Shown here: positions 28,096 to 39,229 of the stretch, piece after piece
Numbering within the stretch: the first letter of the stretch is position 1
Layout: the number at the start of each line of letters is the position of its first letter
Assembly (NCBI GenBank): GCA_903825015.1
Contig: CAIJYZ010000093.1
Location: 2,159-66,158 of the forward strand
Reading direction: 5' to 3'
DNA from: an uncultured Actinomycetes bacterium
GTDB taxonomy: Bacteria; Actinomycetota; Actinomycetes; Nanopelagicales; Nanopelagicaceae
Length of the DNA: 64,000 bases
Program-made: the position numbers and the translations under genes
Notes under the pieces: generated by a model
Database searches by the model: none
Seen by the model: the letters and a program-made list of their open reading frames with translations, nothing else
Told to the model about the DNA's origin: nothing

Positions 28096-29196
28096 TTATT
28101 GGCGAATCTCACTAGCTATTTTCGCAATTGATTTTCGCAGTGAGGAGCGCTGATTTACCTCAATTAGCGTGGCTTTTTGCTCAAGGGCCATAGCCGTAGC
28201 CCGAGAATCCCGGCAGATTACACGTACACACAGCGGACGAAGCCGTGTTGCAATCGCAAGGAATCTCGCCTCTTCCTCTTCGCCCTTTTTGCCCGGGGAT
28301 CTCATATTAAGTGTGAAACTGAGCGCACTGCGTATAGATGTTTTTTCAAGAAGGATCGATACCTGCTCTAATCGATGAATCCCGAGAAGATCAGGTCGGG
28401 CAATAATCATTAATTCATCACCTTGGTCACAACTCCACGTTGTCATCGTCGATGTCCAGCGCCTGTCAGTTAAACGATTTGATAATCCAGATATTGAGCC
28501 AAGATCAATGACAATATTGTCGAAGTGCGAAGTTGCCTTCTCCATAAAATCTTCAATTGAAGTTGCCTCCTCTTGCCTGATCTCTGCAATTGATAAATTT
28601 GGCGCAATACTTCTCCACTCCGATTCATTCTGCAAATTTCTAATGGCGATGAGAGCAGCTATGGAGGGAGCACGATAATTAGCATCGATTAATAATGTTG
28701 ATTTATCTAAAACACTCAGCTCCATAGCTAAATTCAAAGCAATAGTTGTGCAACCAGTATCGCTACCTGCTGAGCCAACTGCCATTACATGAGATTTGCG
28801 GTTACCTCTTGAAAGTTCATAAGATGGACGCAACATCGGTGCTCGCACATAACCTCGCACTACACTGACTAAATCTGTAACTGAAGTAGGAATCTTATGT
28901 AAGCCGCTAAACGAACTCTCCTCGGACATTTGATCAGAAAAACCCACAACCTGTTTAACTCTTGGTTCGACACGAGAAATACAATCTTTAGAGATTCCTG
29001 CAAGATCTGGGGAAAAAATTAGCATGGCCGTAGATGCAGATTCAGGGTTATTTGTGCAGTAGTTTTCTAACCCTTCGAAATCTATTGCTCGGAAAATAAC
29101 GCTCCACCCCTGTGCAAATAGAGTTCCAGCGACAAAACCCTCAAACCGTGCATCAGCGATTGCAGTAATAACTACAGGTAGCTCTTGATTAGACAT
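28096..29196 (-). CDS. MinD/ParA/CpaE-like protein with degenerate Walker A
   Basis: Receiver-like N-terminus; GSAGSDTGCTTIA, LLIDAN, IVIDLG. Confidence 0.65.
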   Translation of the reverse strand: MSNQELPVVITAIADARFEGFVAGTLFAQGWSVIFRAIDFEGLENYCTNNPESASTAMLIFSPDLAGISKDCISRVEPRVKQVVGFSDQMSEESSFSGLHKIPTSVTDLVSVVRGYVRAPMLRPSYELSRGNRKSHVMAVGSAGSDTGCTTIALNLAMELSVLDKSTLLIDANYRAPSIAALIAIRNLQNESEWRSIAPNLSIAEIRQEEATSIEDFMEKATSHFDNIVIDLGSISGLSNRLTDRRWTSTMTTWSCDQGDELMIIARPDLLGIHRLEQVSILLEKTSIRSALSFTLNMRSPGKKGEEEEARFLAIATRLRPLCVRVICRDSRATAMALEQKATLIEVNQRSSLRKSIAKIASEIRQ

Positions 29197-29788
29197 GAGA
29201 ACAAATCACCACCAGTCGGCCCCGTGTCGTGGAATTTAATAGTCGTAAAACCTGCGTTTGCTCTACTGAAACAGTTAATGCTGCATCTGTGCCAAAGTTC
29301 TTACTATTTCCATCGGAACTTAAAACCGTTACCCCGCCCAATATGAGTATCGGATCTTCAGGTAGTTCACCATTTTGACTATCCAAAACCCAGTAGATAT
29401 CAACAAGTGCACCTGCTTGAACTCCTGCAGCTACATCGACAGAGCGAATGCTTAATGGCACACCACTGCTTGCTAGTGCTGTTGCAGTTGAACTCACACT
29501 TTGTTCTCCCACAAGGGCACCTAATGAGACCGGTTCTATTACTACTTGCCCAAACAGGTCCAAATCTTTGGAAAAATAATTTGCGGAAGAGGATCCTAAA
29601 TTCATATCCGATAACATCAAATCCCCTGTCGAAATTTGATGTCCAACTGTTAAGTCAGTCGCTGCGACCCAATACTGCGTAGTTGATCGTGAGAAGCTTG
29701 CCAGAATGAATGCTGATACGAATGAGGCTGCTATTAAAGTTATTGCAAGTGGAGTCCTTGACCGGCTCCCTGATTTTCTATTTTTCAT
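29189..29788 (-). CDS. SAF-domain (CpaB/FlgA-like) membrane protein
   Basis: TM helix, WVAATDLTVGHQIS, GALVDIY, GRLVV. Confidence 0.7.
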   Translation of the reverse strand: MKNRKSGSRSRTPLAITLIAASFVSAFILASFSRSTTQYWVAATDLTVGHQISTGDLMLSDMNLGSSSANYFSKDLDLFGQVVIEPVSLGALVGEQSVSSTATALASSGVPLSIRSVDVAAGVQAGALVDIYWVLDSQNGELPEDPILILGGVTVLSSDGNSKNFGTDAALTVSVEQTQVLRLLNSTTRGRLVVICSHV

Positions 29789-29911
29789 GTGGGCACTTAA
29801 TTCGATGCCCCGATAAACCTTTAGGGTTTGTCCACACTCATCCTTTTTGATGAGAAAAGAATCAACCGTTTGGTTGAGAACAAAACGAGATTTAGGTAGC
29901 AATCTCACGCT

Positions 29912-30439
29912 ATGACAACTAACCACATTCAAGATGAAAACCTATTTATCGCAACTTTTCGAATCGAAGAAATTGCACAATTGGAAATTTGCGATTGGCA
30001 ACATCCATTCTTAGAGATTTTCCGACCCCAGCCAGAAATTCGCGAATTGCAAAGAGGAAAGCTTTATCTGGTTCCTACACAGTCCGAAGGGGAATTCGAC
30101 CCTGATTTTGCTCCGATACCCACCTCAGCCCAAGATCTTCCTGATCTCGTGGAGTGGACTTCGCGATTTGCGCTAAACGTTGTAGAGATATGGGCGGGAC
30201 GTCGCTCTCCAAACCAACTTGCATCTCAATGTCACCACAGAATATTTTCAGAGCTAGTCAGAAAATCAGGATCTCAAAAGCAAGTAGGACATATTCGCAA
30301 GATTCATATTCAAGAACCATTAGATGGGATCTGTGAAGCGACAATTACTGTTCGTTTTGAAGATCGATTACGCGCAATTCTTGTGCGATTTGAAGGCATG
30401 GATCAGCGTTGGCTTTGTACAACACTTACTCTGCTTTAA
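29912..30439 (+). CDS. Rv3235 family protein
   Basis: [28 protein letters not shown]; convergent with secA. Confidence 0.8.
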   Translation: MTTNHIQDENLFIATFRIEEIAQLEICDWQHPFLEIFRPQPEIRELQRGKLYLVPTQSEGEFDPDFAPIPTSAQDLPDLVEWTSRFALNVVEIWAGRRSPNQLASQCHHRIFSELVRKSGSQKQVGHIRKIHIQEPLDGICEATITVRFEDRLRAILVRFEGMDQRWLCTTLTLL

Positions 30440-33108
30440 GAGGCACCGTGGCATCGCTTGTATTTCTTGCCCGAACCACATGGACAAGGTGCATTTCTTG
30501 AAACATCACCCGTTGTTTTGACTCCGCTTTCGTCAGAGGCTGTGTATTGCAATCCAGAAGTTGGGAGAGCTTTAGCTTCAAGTCCTGCGCCAGTAACTTC
30601 ATTGCTAGATGCTTCAACGGTTACTTCGATATTGAACAGGAATCCCGCGATTTCTTCCTTAATTGCATCCATCATCGCCGAGAACAGGTCGAAACCTTCT
30701 CGCTGATACTCAACAAGTGGGTCTCTCTGGGCCATGGCGCGAAGGCCAATGCCCTCTTGGAGGTAATCCATCTCGTATAGATGCTCGCGCCATTTGCGGT
30801 CTAATACCGAGAGCAAAACCTTGCGCTCTAGTTCGCGCATGACTTCGGATCCCAAAGATTCTTCACGTTTAGCATATGCATCTTTGCAATCTTCAATAAC
30901 TGCATTAGCCAAGAAATCGGCATCCAAACCATTGCGAGATCCAACTCGAGCAACAAGTTCATCGATAGTAAATGAGATTGGATAAATAGTTTTAAGAGCG
31001 TTCCACAAAGTATCTAAATCCCAATCTTCAGAATAACCTTGGGAAGTAGCCATGCCGACATATGCGCTTAAAGTATCGCTTACAAAAGTAGCGACCTGAT
31101 CCTTAATATCTGCACCTTCTAGGACCATACGGCGCTCACCATAAACAACTTGGCGCTGGCGGTTCATTACATCGTCATATTTCAAAACATTTTTTCGCAT
31201 TTCAAAGTTTTGAGCTTCGACTTGAGTTTGAGCTGAACGAATTGCATTGCTGACCATTTTGGATTCAATTGGCGCATCTTCTGGAATTCCAGCAGCAGTC
31301 AAGAAACGCTCAACCATGCCTGAGTTAAAGCGACGCATTAATTCATCCTGCAGAGAAAGATAGAAACGTGATTCACCTGGATCACCTTGGCGACCTGAAC
31401 GACCACGCAACTGGTTATCGATACGTCGAGATTCGTGACGTTCGGTACCGAGAACATACAAACCGCCCAGAGCGATTACTTCTTCATGACCCATTGCAAC
31501 CGCTGCCTTTTGGCGAGCGATTTCTTCTGGCCAATTCTTTTCATACTCTTCAGCATTATCTACTGGAGAAATCCCCTTGCGCTGTAATTCATAATCTGCC
31601 ATGAACTCTGGGTTTCCACCCAGCATGATGTCAGTTCCGCGACCAGCCATATTTGTCGCAACAGTGACTGCGCCTTTTACGCCCGCGCGAGCAATAATCG
31701 CGGCTTCGCGTTCGTGGTGCTTGGCGTTTAAAACTTCATGAGCAACCCCAGCTTTACGGAGGAATCCTGAAAGCTCCTCCGATTTTTCTACGCTAACTGT
31801 GCCTACCAAAACTGGTTGACCCTTGCGATGTTTTTCAACAATATCTGCAGTCACTGCAATGAACTTGCCCGCTTCGGATTTGTAAACAAGATCAGCCTGG
31901 TCAATACGGACCATCGAGCGATTTGTAGGGATTGGAACAACGCCTAACTTATAAATCTGGTGGAATTCAGAGGCCTCAGTCATTGCAGTACCTGTCATAC
32001 CTGAGAGCTTTTCGTACAAACGGAAATAGTTCTGCAAAGTAATCGTCGCAAGGGTCTGGTTTTCATCCTTGATTTCAATCCGCTCTTTAGCTTCAAGGGC
32101 TTGGTGAAGACCTTCGCTATAACGACGACCTGCAAGCATGCGGCCGGTGTGTTCGTCAACAATTAATAGTTCGCCATTCATAACAACATAATCTTTATCG
32201 CGTTTGAAAAGCTCTTTCGCGCGAACCGCGTTATTGAGGTAACCAATCATTGGCGTATTAGCTGCTTCGTATAAGTTGCCAATCTGCAGAAGTTCTTCGA
32301 CCTTGGTTACGCCCTCTTCAAGGATTCCAACGGTGCGCTTCTTTTCATCAATCTCGTAATGCAAATCGCGTTGAAGCTTGCCAACTAAGTTAGCGAATTC
32401 GACGTACCACTTGGTTGCTTTATCTGCAGGTCCACTAATAATTAATGGAGTACGTGCCTCGTCAATCAAAATTGAGTCAACTTCATCGACTACAGCAAAG
32501 AAGTGATCACGTTGAACACACTCTTCAAGCGTCCATGCCATGTTGTCACGCAAATAGTCGAAGCCAAATTCATTGTTGGTTCCATAAGTAATGTCGGCGC
32601 TATAAGCCTCTCGGCGTTCAGCTGGAGACATATTGGCAAGAATTACGCCAACGTTGAGTCCAAGGAATCGGTGAATACGTCCCATCCACTCGCTGTCTCG
32701 TTCTGCCAAATAATCGTTTGTTGTTACAACATGAACTCCACGACCAGCTAAAGCATTTAAATATGAAGGGAGTGTTGCAACAAGAGTCTTTCCTTCACCT
32801 GTTCGCATTTCAGCGATATTGCCTTTATGAAGTGCGGCTCCACCCATTAATTGAACATCGTAATGCCGCTGTCCAAGTGTTCGCTTTGCAGCTTCGCGGA
32901 CAACCGCAAATGCTTCAGGCATCAGATCATCCAAGGTTTCACCTTGTACCAAGCGGTCTTTAAAGATTTGAGTCTGCCCGCGAAGTTCGGAGTCGGATAG
33001 GGCGGTGATTCGTGCCTCATGGCCATTAACTACGACAACGATCTTGCTTAGCTCACGAAGTACGCGACCTTCACCTGCACGCAAAATCTTGTCAAAAAAC
33101 GCTGGCAT
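30436..33108 (-). CDS. secA: Preprotein translocase ATPase
   Basis: [38 protein letters not shown] motif [14 protein letters not shown]. Confidence 0.99.
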   Translation of the reverse strand: MPAFFDKILRAGEGRVLRELSKIVVVVNGHEARITALSDSELRGQTQIFKDRLVQGETLDDLMPEAFAVVREAAKRTLGQRHYDVQLMGGAALHKGNIAEMRTGEGKTLVATLPSYLNALAGRGVHVVTTNDYLAERDSEWMGRIHRFLGLNVGVILANMSPAERREAYSADITYGTNNEFGFDYLRDNMAWTLEECVQRDHFFAVVDEVDSILIDEARTPLIISGPADKATKWYVEFANLVGKLQRDLHYEIDEKKRTVGILEEGVTKVEELLQIGNLYEAANTPMIGYLNNAVRAKELFKRDKDYVVMNGELLIVDEHTGRMLAGRRYSEGLHQALEAKERIEIKDENQTLATITLQNYFRLYEKLSGMTGTAMTEASEFHQIYKLGVVPIPTNRSMVRIDQADLVYKSEAGKFIAVTADIVEKHRKGQPVLVGTVSVEKSEELSGFLRKAGVAHEVLNAKHHEREAAIIARAGVKGAVTVATNMAGRGTDIMLGGNPEFMADYELQRKGISPVDNAEEYEKNWPEEIARQKAAVAMGHEEVIALGGLYVLGTERHESRRIDNQLRGRSGRQGDPGESRFYLSLQDELMRRFNSGMVERFLTAAGIPEDAPIESKMVSNAIRSAQTQVEAQNFEMRKNVLKYDDVMNRQRQVVYGERRMVLEGADIKDQVATFVSDTLSAYVGMATSQGYSEDWDLDTLWNALKTIYPISFTIDELVARVGSRNGLDADFLANAVIEDCKDAYAKREESLGSEVMRELERKVLLSVLDRKWREHLYEMDYLQEGIGLRAMAQRDPLVEYQREGFDLFSAMMDAIKEEIAGFLFNIEVTVEASSNEVTGAGLEAKALPTSGLQYTASDESGVKTTGDVSRNAPCPCGSGKKYKRCHGAS

Positions 33109-33154
33109 CAATGCAACCTTTCAAAGCTTCCACGATCTCTTCTAGTCAAGGCTC

Positions 33155-33790
33155 CTATCGTAGAGGTTGGGCCACGCAAGCGGTAACTGAGCCAAGTGGG
33201 TGAAATCCATGAGAATTCAGGGCCCGGGCCGCCTCAGCAACGGTGGCGCCGGTGGTTACTACATCATCGACGAGAATCAAATCACCTCGTGGATAAACCC
33301 CGGCAGCGATTGTAAAGGCCCCCTTCATATTGACGGCCCGTTCATGTGCGGATAATCCGCTCTGATCCTTAACCCTTCGTGCGAAATCTAAAATCGGTAT
33401 CACTGGAATATCTGTTCTTCTTGAGACCTCATTACATAAATCTGCAATGAAATTTCTACCTCGGCGACGGGAGTTGGATTTTGAGGACGGGATTGGTACA
33501 AGTCTTACGTTGAATAGATCAAAATTTGCGCGATTCAATACATTAACAATCGCATCAATTATTAATTGATCTGCACCTTTGAGGCCACTTTCTTTGGCTG
33601 CCAAAATTATTTTACTTGCGGTTGGTGAATACAAAATGGCTGAGTGAACCTTAAGGGTTTGAATATGAGTCAAATAATAATGAGGCTGCCACTCTCGGCG
33701 GCATGACGCACAGATAGTTAAGCCAATTGAATTACATCCATAACAGCGTGTTGGAAATATGAGTTGACTTAATTCATCAAGAGTTTTCAT
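33155..33790 (-). CDS. comF: ComF family phosphoribosyltransferase-like protein
   Basis: CxxC..CxxC, RRRG, LVDDVVTTGAT. Confidence 0.88.
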   Translation of the reverse strand: MKTLDELSQLIFPTRCYGCNSIGLTICASCRREWQPHYYLTHIQTLKVHSAILYSPTASKIILAAKESGLKGADQLIIDAIVNVLNRANFDLFNVRLVPIPSSKSNSRRRGRNFIADLCNEVSRRTDIPVIPILDFARRVKDQSGLSAHERAVNMKGAFTIAAGVYPRGDLILVDDVVTTGATVAEAARALNSHGFHPLGSVTACVAQPLR

Positions 33791-33839
33791 GGCCCAAAAG
33801 TAGGCGGATATTTATCGGCTAGCGAGAAGGGTGTGGAAA

Positions 33840-35390
33840 TTACTCGTGGAAATCATCAGGAGTTAGTTTTATTAATCGCGCGTCTATGCCAAGGCTTGAA
33901 GAACGCGGAAGTGTTAGAACAAAATGCGCGCCTTTGTTTGGCCGTCCCCACGCTTCAAGTTCACCATTATGTAAGCGCGCATCCTCAAGAGCGATTGAGA
34001 GACCCAAACCGGTTCCACCGCGCGTGCGTGCACGCGAAGGATCTGCACGCCAAAAACGATCGAAAACACGAGTCAATGAGTTTTCATCTAATCCAATACC
34101 GTGGTCTCGAACTCCAACTGCAACATCGTGATCAGATGCAATGATTGTGATGGTTATAGGCTTTTCTTCCGCATGATCAATGGCATTTGAAAACAAATTG
34201 CGCAGGATTCTTTCGACTCTACGGATATCTGCCTTTATGTTAATGCTGTCAACGATTGAATAAATTCTAAGTTCGGTTGAACGCTGGCTTGCCACAAGGG
34301 AAAGATCCTCTACGCAGCGAGTCGCAAGCTGCACAATGTCGAAATCAACGGCTTCAATTATGGCTACTTCGGCATCAAAACGGCTCACTTCAAGTAAGTC
34401 TTCGAGCAGTCGCTCGAAACGGTCAAGTTGTGCCACGAGTAATTCACTACTGCGGGCAACGACTGGATCAAAGCTCTCGCGCGAAGCGTTAATTACCTCA
34501 GAAGCCATTCGCAAAGTAGTCAACGGAGTGCGGAGTTCGTGTGAAACATCGGATACAAAGCGTTGTTGTACTCGAGACAGATTCTCTAGCCGGGCAATTT
34601 GTTTTTCTAGTGACTCGGCCATTTCATTAAATGCATTTCCCAACGTTGCAATTTCGTCACCAGAGACTATTTTCATTCGTTGACGAAAATCTCCTGATGT
34701 AAATTGTGCTGCAATTATTGCTGCCTCACGTACAGGTTTTACAACCTGGCGCACAACAAGCCAAACAATCAATGCAATCAATAGAACTAGAGCACCGCCA
34801 GTCAAGAGTAGTAAACGTTGAATGAGATCCAAGGTTGCGTTTTGATTTGCAAGTGAAAACACCATGTACATCTCATATTGGCCCGCTCCGGGAATCTGCA
34901 CTTTTTGTCCAAATGCAAGCCCAGGAATACTTTGGCCTCCCATGTAATTAATATTGATGTAGGAAGAGACTAAATCATTACTTTTTCTTACATGCTTGCT
35001 TAAATACTCTGGGATTGATGCCGGGTCAACAAGGTTAGAAGTGATTTCATAATTCTGGATTCTGGTATTACCTGGACTTCGGATGAAAATAACCTCGCGT
35101 GCATTTTCATTTGTAGTTAAAGACGTTGCTGAACTAATAATGTCATCAATAACTTTATGAACCGCTGCCTCTTTTTCACCTTGTGCTAAAAGAAATCGAT
35201 ACTCTGCGCTAAAGATTGTGGAACGTGCTTCAATGCGAGAAGAATCGAGATTTACTTTTTTAATACCTGTAGCCAGCTGCGAATTGAGAGCGGAACCAGT
35301 CAGGTAGATAACACCAAGAGATAGAATTACCGTTGAAATAATGACTCTTGGAGCTAAGGAATTACGTAATCGAAGAAAGACTCGATTCAT
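33840..35390 (-). CDS. mtrB: Sensor histidine kinase MtrB
   Basis: HAMP, QQRFVSDVSHELRTP, FDRFWRADPSRAR; follows mtrA. Confidence 0.93.
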   Translation of the reverse strand: MNRVFLRLRNSLAPRVIISTVILSLGVIYLTGSALNSQLATGIKKVNLDSSRIEARSTIFSAEYRFLLAQGEKEAAVHKVIDDIISSATSLTTNENAREVIFIRSPGNTRIQNYEITSNLVDPASIPEYLSKHVRKSNDLVSSYININYMGGQSIPGLAFGQKVQIPGAGQYEMYMVFSLANQNATLDLIQRLLLLTGGALVLLIALIVWLVVRQVVKPVREAAIIAAQFTSGDFRQRMKIVSGDEIATLGNAFNEMAESLEKQIARLENLSRVQQRFVSDVSHELRTPLTTLRMASEVINASRESFDPVVARSSELLVAQLDRFERLLEDLLEVSRFDAEVAIIEAVDFDIVQLATRCVEDLSLVASQRSTELRIYSIVDSINIKADIRRVERILRNLFSNAIDHAEEKPITITIIASDHDVAVGVRDHGIGLDENSLTRVFDRFWRADPSRARTRGGTGLGLSIALEDARLHNGELEAWGRPNKGAHFVLTLPRSSSLGIDARLIKLTPDDFHE

Positions 35391-35392
35391 CT

Positions 35393-36079
35393 TTAGGAAC
35401 CGCCCATTACTCCAGCTTTATAACCAACACCACGAATAGTGACAACTATTTCTGGCCGTTCTGGATCATGCTCAATCTTGGATCGAAGGCGTTGAACGTG
35501 AACATTTACAAGTCGGGTATCCGTTGAATGCCGGTAACCCCAAACCTCACTGAGCAATGCGTCGCGAGTAAAAACTCTCCCAGGCTCTTTTACCAGCGCG
35601 ACTAATAAATCAAACTCTAAGCGCGTAAGAGAAATCTGTTTGCCTGCCCGAAGAACTTGATGGGCTTGCACGTCAATGGCTAAATCACCAATTGTTAACA
35701 ATCCAGAGATATCTACATTGGTCCGACGTAAACGTGTGCGGATGCGAGCAATCAGTTCAGATGGATGTCTGAAGGGCTTAACCATGTAATCATCTGCTCC
35801 AGCTTCAAGTCCACGCACTACATCATGCGAATCACCTTTTGCAGTAAGCATAATTATTGGAACCATGGATTCGGCGCGAATTAATTTGCAGACTTCGATT
35901 CCATCTAGTCCAGGCAACATAACATCCAGGAGAACTAGATCTGGTGGATTGTTGCGAAAGACATCGAGAACTTCGTCCCCACGACTTACAAGGTCTACAT
36001 CAATACCTGCACCGGTTAAAACAATTCCGAGCATTTCGGCAAGGTCCTGGTCATCATCGACGACCATAACCAGAGTCAT
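35393..36079 (-). CDS. mtrA: Response regulator MtrA
   Basis: LAEMLGIVL, VWGYRH..DTRLVNVHVQRLRSK. Confidence 0.95.
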   Translation of the reverse strand: MTLVMVVDDDQDLAEMLGIVLTGAGIDVDLVSRGDEVLDVFRNNPPDLVLLDVMLPGLDGIEVCKLIRAESMVPIIMLTAKGDSHDVVRGLEAGADDYMVKPFRHPSELIARIRTRLRRTNVDISGLLTIGDLAIDVQAHQVLRAGKQISLTRLEFDLLVALVKEPGRVFTRDALLSEVWGYRHSTDTRLVNVHVQRLRSKIEHDPERPEIVVTIRGVGYKAGVMGGS

Positions 36080-37365
36080 TAGCTACCGTGTTCCCAAGAG
36101 TTCAAGTACATATCTTGTGCAGGAGTAAGAACGTCGATGTGCCCACCCATGCTAAGCAACTTCAAGCTAGCAACTTCCTTATCAATATATGTCGGTACGT
36201 TGTGAACACCAGCAGCCAAGTTCTTTGCTTCCTTTACTAAATATTCGGCAGTAAGGGCTTGGTCAGAAAAAGACATATCCATCACTGAAGCAGGGTGACC
36301 TTCGGCAGCTCCAAGATTGACTAATCTTCCTTCGGCAAGCAGAAGCAGACGGCGTCCATCAGCCATTACATACTCATCTGTCTGGTGACGCATCTTGGCA
36401 TTCTTCTTCACTGCGTGCTGCTCTAGCCATGCAACGTCGATTTCGATATCGAAGTGACCTGAGTTAGCCATGATTGCGCCATCCTTCATCACTGCAAAGT
36501 GTTCGTCACGCAATACATCGCGATTACCAGTAACAGTGATGAAAACATCTCCAACTTTGGCAGCATCTGCCATTGGCATAACGCGGAAGCCTTGCATCAT
36601 CGCATCGAGTGCCTTGGTTGGGTCGATTTCGGTAACGATTACATCTGCACCCATACCCTTGGCACGTTCTGCAACACCTTTACCGCAGTATCCAAAACCG
36701 GCGACAACAAGAATTCGTCCTGCAAGCAAGAAGTTTGTTGAGCGAAAGACTGCATCAAGTGTTGATTGGCCGGTTCCATATCGATTATCAAACATATGCT
36801 TGGTATCGGTGTCATTAACGGCGATCATTGGAAACTGAAGCGCGCCATCTTTTGCCATCTGGTTAAGACGAATAACACCCGTTGTTGTCTCTTCGCAACC
36901 ACCAGCGATATTTGGAATTAATTCTTTACGTGTTGTATGAAGAGTATTTACAAGATCGCACCCATCATCGAAAACTTGATGTGGTTCAATATCAAGGGAG
37001 GCATTAATGTGCTTGTAATAGCCATCGCGGTCAACGGCATTTCGAGCGAAAACTGAGATTCCATATTCATGAACCAACGCCGCTGCGGTGTCATCTTGAG
37101 TTGATAGTGGATTTGATGCGCACAGTGCGATTTCAGCGCCGCCAGCTTTAAGGACTCGCATAAGGTTTGCTGTCTCAGTAGTTACATGCATGCAAGCAGA
37201 GATTCGAACGCCAGCGAATGGCTGAGACTTCTCAAAGCGCTCACGGATTTGCGCGAGAACGGGCATATTGCGTTCAGCCCACTCGATGCGCATGCGTCCC
37301 TGTGCTGCAAGTGAAGCATCTGCAATATCGTGCTTTGGAAGAGTAGAAGTAATTTGTGCGCTCAC
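36079..37365 (-). CDS. ahcY: Adenosylhomocysteinase
   Basis: [34 protein letters not shown]. Confidence 0.97.
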   Translation of the reverse strand: MSAQITSTLPKHDIADASLAAQGRMRIEWAERNMPVLAQIRERFEKSQPFAGVRISACMHVTTETANLMRVLKAGGAEIALCASNPLSTQDDTAAALVHEYGISVFARNAVDRDGYYKHINASLDIEPHQVFDDGCDLVNTLHTTRKELIPNIAGGCEETTTGVIRLNQMAKDGALQFPMIAVNDTDTKHMFDNRYGTGQSTLDAVFRSTNFLLAGRILVVAGFGYCGKGVAERAKGMGADVIVTEIDPTKALDAMMQGFRVMPMADAAKVGDVFITVTGNRDVLRDEHFAVMKDGAIMANSGHFDIEIDVAWLEQHAVKKNAKMRHQTDEYVMADGRRLLLLAEGRLVNLGAAEGHPASVMDMSFSDQALTAEYLVKEAKNLAAGVHNVPTYIDKEVASLKLLSMGGHIDVLTPAQDMYLNSWEHGS

Positions 37366-37443
37366 GAAAAGCTCCTTTATCGGCTGCGGTCAGGAGCATA
37401 GGTTACAGCCCATACGCCAAAAGCGAGTAACGAAGATGTCGGG

Positions 37444-38805
37444 TTATCGACGAATTAAGGCAAGAACCTCATCTCGTACCTTTTCCATACGCGTGGATGT
37501 CTTAGCCTCCACGTTAAGTCTAAGTAATGGCTCGGTATTTGAAGGGCGCAAGTTAAACCACCAAGTATCACCGTTTACTGTCAACCCATCCAAGTAATCG
37601 ATAGTGACTCCTTCTTGCAACCCATAACTTTCTTCAACTAACGCAGTGGCTGCTGCAGTGTCGGAAACTTTTGAATTAATCTCCCCACTGAGCACATATC
37701 GTTGAAATGGCTTAAGGATCTGTGACATTGAGTTATTCGATTCACCTAAGGCTGCGATTGCATGAAGTGCGGCTAGCGCTCCGGAATCGGCACGCCAAAA
37801 CTCATCGAAATAAAAATGCCCTGAATGTTCACCGCCGAATATGGCTTTGCTATCGGCCATCATCTTTTTAATATATGAGTGGCCAACACGACTACGAAGG
37901 CCGACTCCCCCATTTTCTTCAATGACTTCTAGTACTGCACGTGACGAGATTAAGTTATAAATGATGGTTGAGCCTGGATGTTTCTTGAGCTCTCGCTCTG
38001 CAATTAGGGCGGTTAAGTCTGAAGGATTAATTGCATTGGCTTTCTCATCAACAATGAAACAGCGATCTGCATCTCCATCAAAAGCTAATCCTAAATCTGC
38101 TCCGTGTTTAAGTACAGCTTTTTGTAAATCGCGCAAATTCTTTACATCAATTGGGTTTGCTTCGTGATTTGGAAAAGTACCGTCAAGTTCAAAATACATT
38201 GGGATAAGTTCGCAATTCAATCTCGCAAAAATTGCAGGAGCAGTGTGCCCAGCCATTCCATTACCTGCATCAACAACTATTTTCAGTGGGCGGATGGCGT
38301 CGAGATTAACGAGTCCTAGAAGGTGATCTACATACTCTTCAAGCATGTTGCGCTTGGACTCAACACCCACTGAGCGAATTTCAAGAGGTGAACCTTGACG
38401 CACAAAGTTTTCAATAGTTAGAAGTCCCGATTCTTTCCCGATTGGTCGGGCACTGCTTAAACAAAGTTTGATTCCGTTATATTCGGCAGGGTTATGGCTA
38501 GCGGTAAACATTGCACCAGGTAAGCCAAGTTTTCCTGACGCGAAATACAACATATCTGTTGACGCTAATCCGATGCGAATGACATCCATACCAAGAGAAG
38601 TAACCCCGGCTGAGAAAGCATCCGCTAAAGCTGGTGATGATGGACGCATATCTTCGCCGATAACTATTGTGGCTGGTTCACGTTCTAGCTGTAAGAATCT
38701 TGCAAAAGCCACACCAGTAGCAAAAGTAAAATCCGGTGTTATCTCTGAATCAACTAAACCACGAATGTCATACGCTTTAAAAATATCTGCAATTTCTTGA
38801 GTCAT
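37444..38805 (-). CDS. manB: Phosphomannomutase/phosphoglucomutase
   Basis: FKAYDIRG, TASHNP, FDGDADR, GEHSGH, RPSNTEP. Confidence 0.93.
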   Translation of the reverse strand: MTQEIADIFKAYDIRGLVDSEITPDFTFATGVAFARFLQLEREPATIVIGEDMRPSSPALADAFSAGVTSLGMDVIRIGLASTDMLYFASGKLGLPGAMFTASHNPAEYNGIKLCLSSARPIGKESGLLTIENFVRQGSPLEIRSVGVESKRNMLEEYVDHLLGLVNLDAIRPLKIVVDAGNGMAGHTAPAIFARLNCELIPMYFELDGTFPNHEANPIDVKNLRDLQKAVLKHGADLGLAFDGDADRCFIVDEKANAINPSDLTALIAERELKKHPGSTIIYNLISSRAVLEVIEENGGVGLRSRVGHSYIKKMMADSKAIFGGEHSGHFYFDEFWRADSGALAALHAIAALGESNNSMSQILKPFQRYVLSGEINSKVSDTAAATALVEESYGLQEGVTIDYLDGLTVNGDTWWFNLRPSNTEPLLRLNVEAKTSTRMEKVRDEVLALIRR

Positions 38806-38815
38806 TTATTTTCCT

Positions 38816-39187
38816 TTACGAAGGAACTGCTCGAAGGTGTCCCCGACGTCCAATGGGATTTTGCGATGAATCGGCAGGCTGTGTTTGCGCATCATCGTCT
38901 TGACGCAATGCAACTTCACGAACAGCATCAGCGATGGCCATTAAGTCATCATCTGAAGGTCCTGGTTCGTTGCCAGTTAACTCTTGTTTAATTACTTTCC
39001 ACCCATGGGGAACTTTTAGACGCTCCCCGTGTACAGAACATAAATCGTAAGCATGCGGCTCTGAAAAAGTAGCTAGTGGTCCAACAACTGCAGTTGATTC
39101 AGCATAAATATAGGTAAGAGTCATCGTTGCCGTTGTACGGCAGCCCACGCGCGAGCACCCACGTCCAACATGTAACTGTGACTTCAT
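38816..39187 (-). CDS. DUF3499 family protein
   Basis: CSR..C, TLTYIY, EPHAYDLC..H, RRGHLR. Confidence 0.85.
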   Translation of the reverse strand: MKSQLHVGRGCSRVGCRTTATMTLTYIYAESTAVVGPLATFSEPHAYDLCSVHGERLKVPHGWKVIKQELTGNEPGPSDDDLMAIADAVREVALRQDDDAQTQPADSSQNPIGRRGHLRAVPS

Positions 39188-39229
39188 AACAAGAAGATTA
39201 GTGGTCGCGCCATAGATTATTGGGGATTA

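Noticed and set aside
29828-29836. DnaA box TTGTCCACA in a divergent promoter
   Set aside because: Single 9-mer; the same word also occurs inside coding regions (terC, SRPBCC) and there is no cluster
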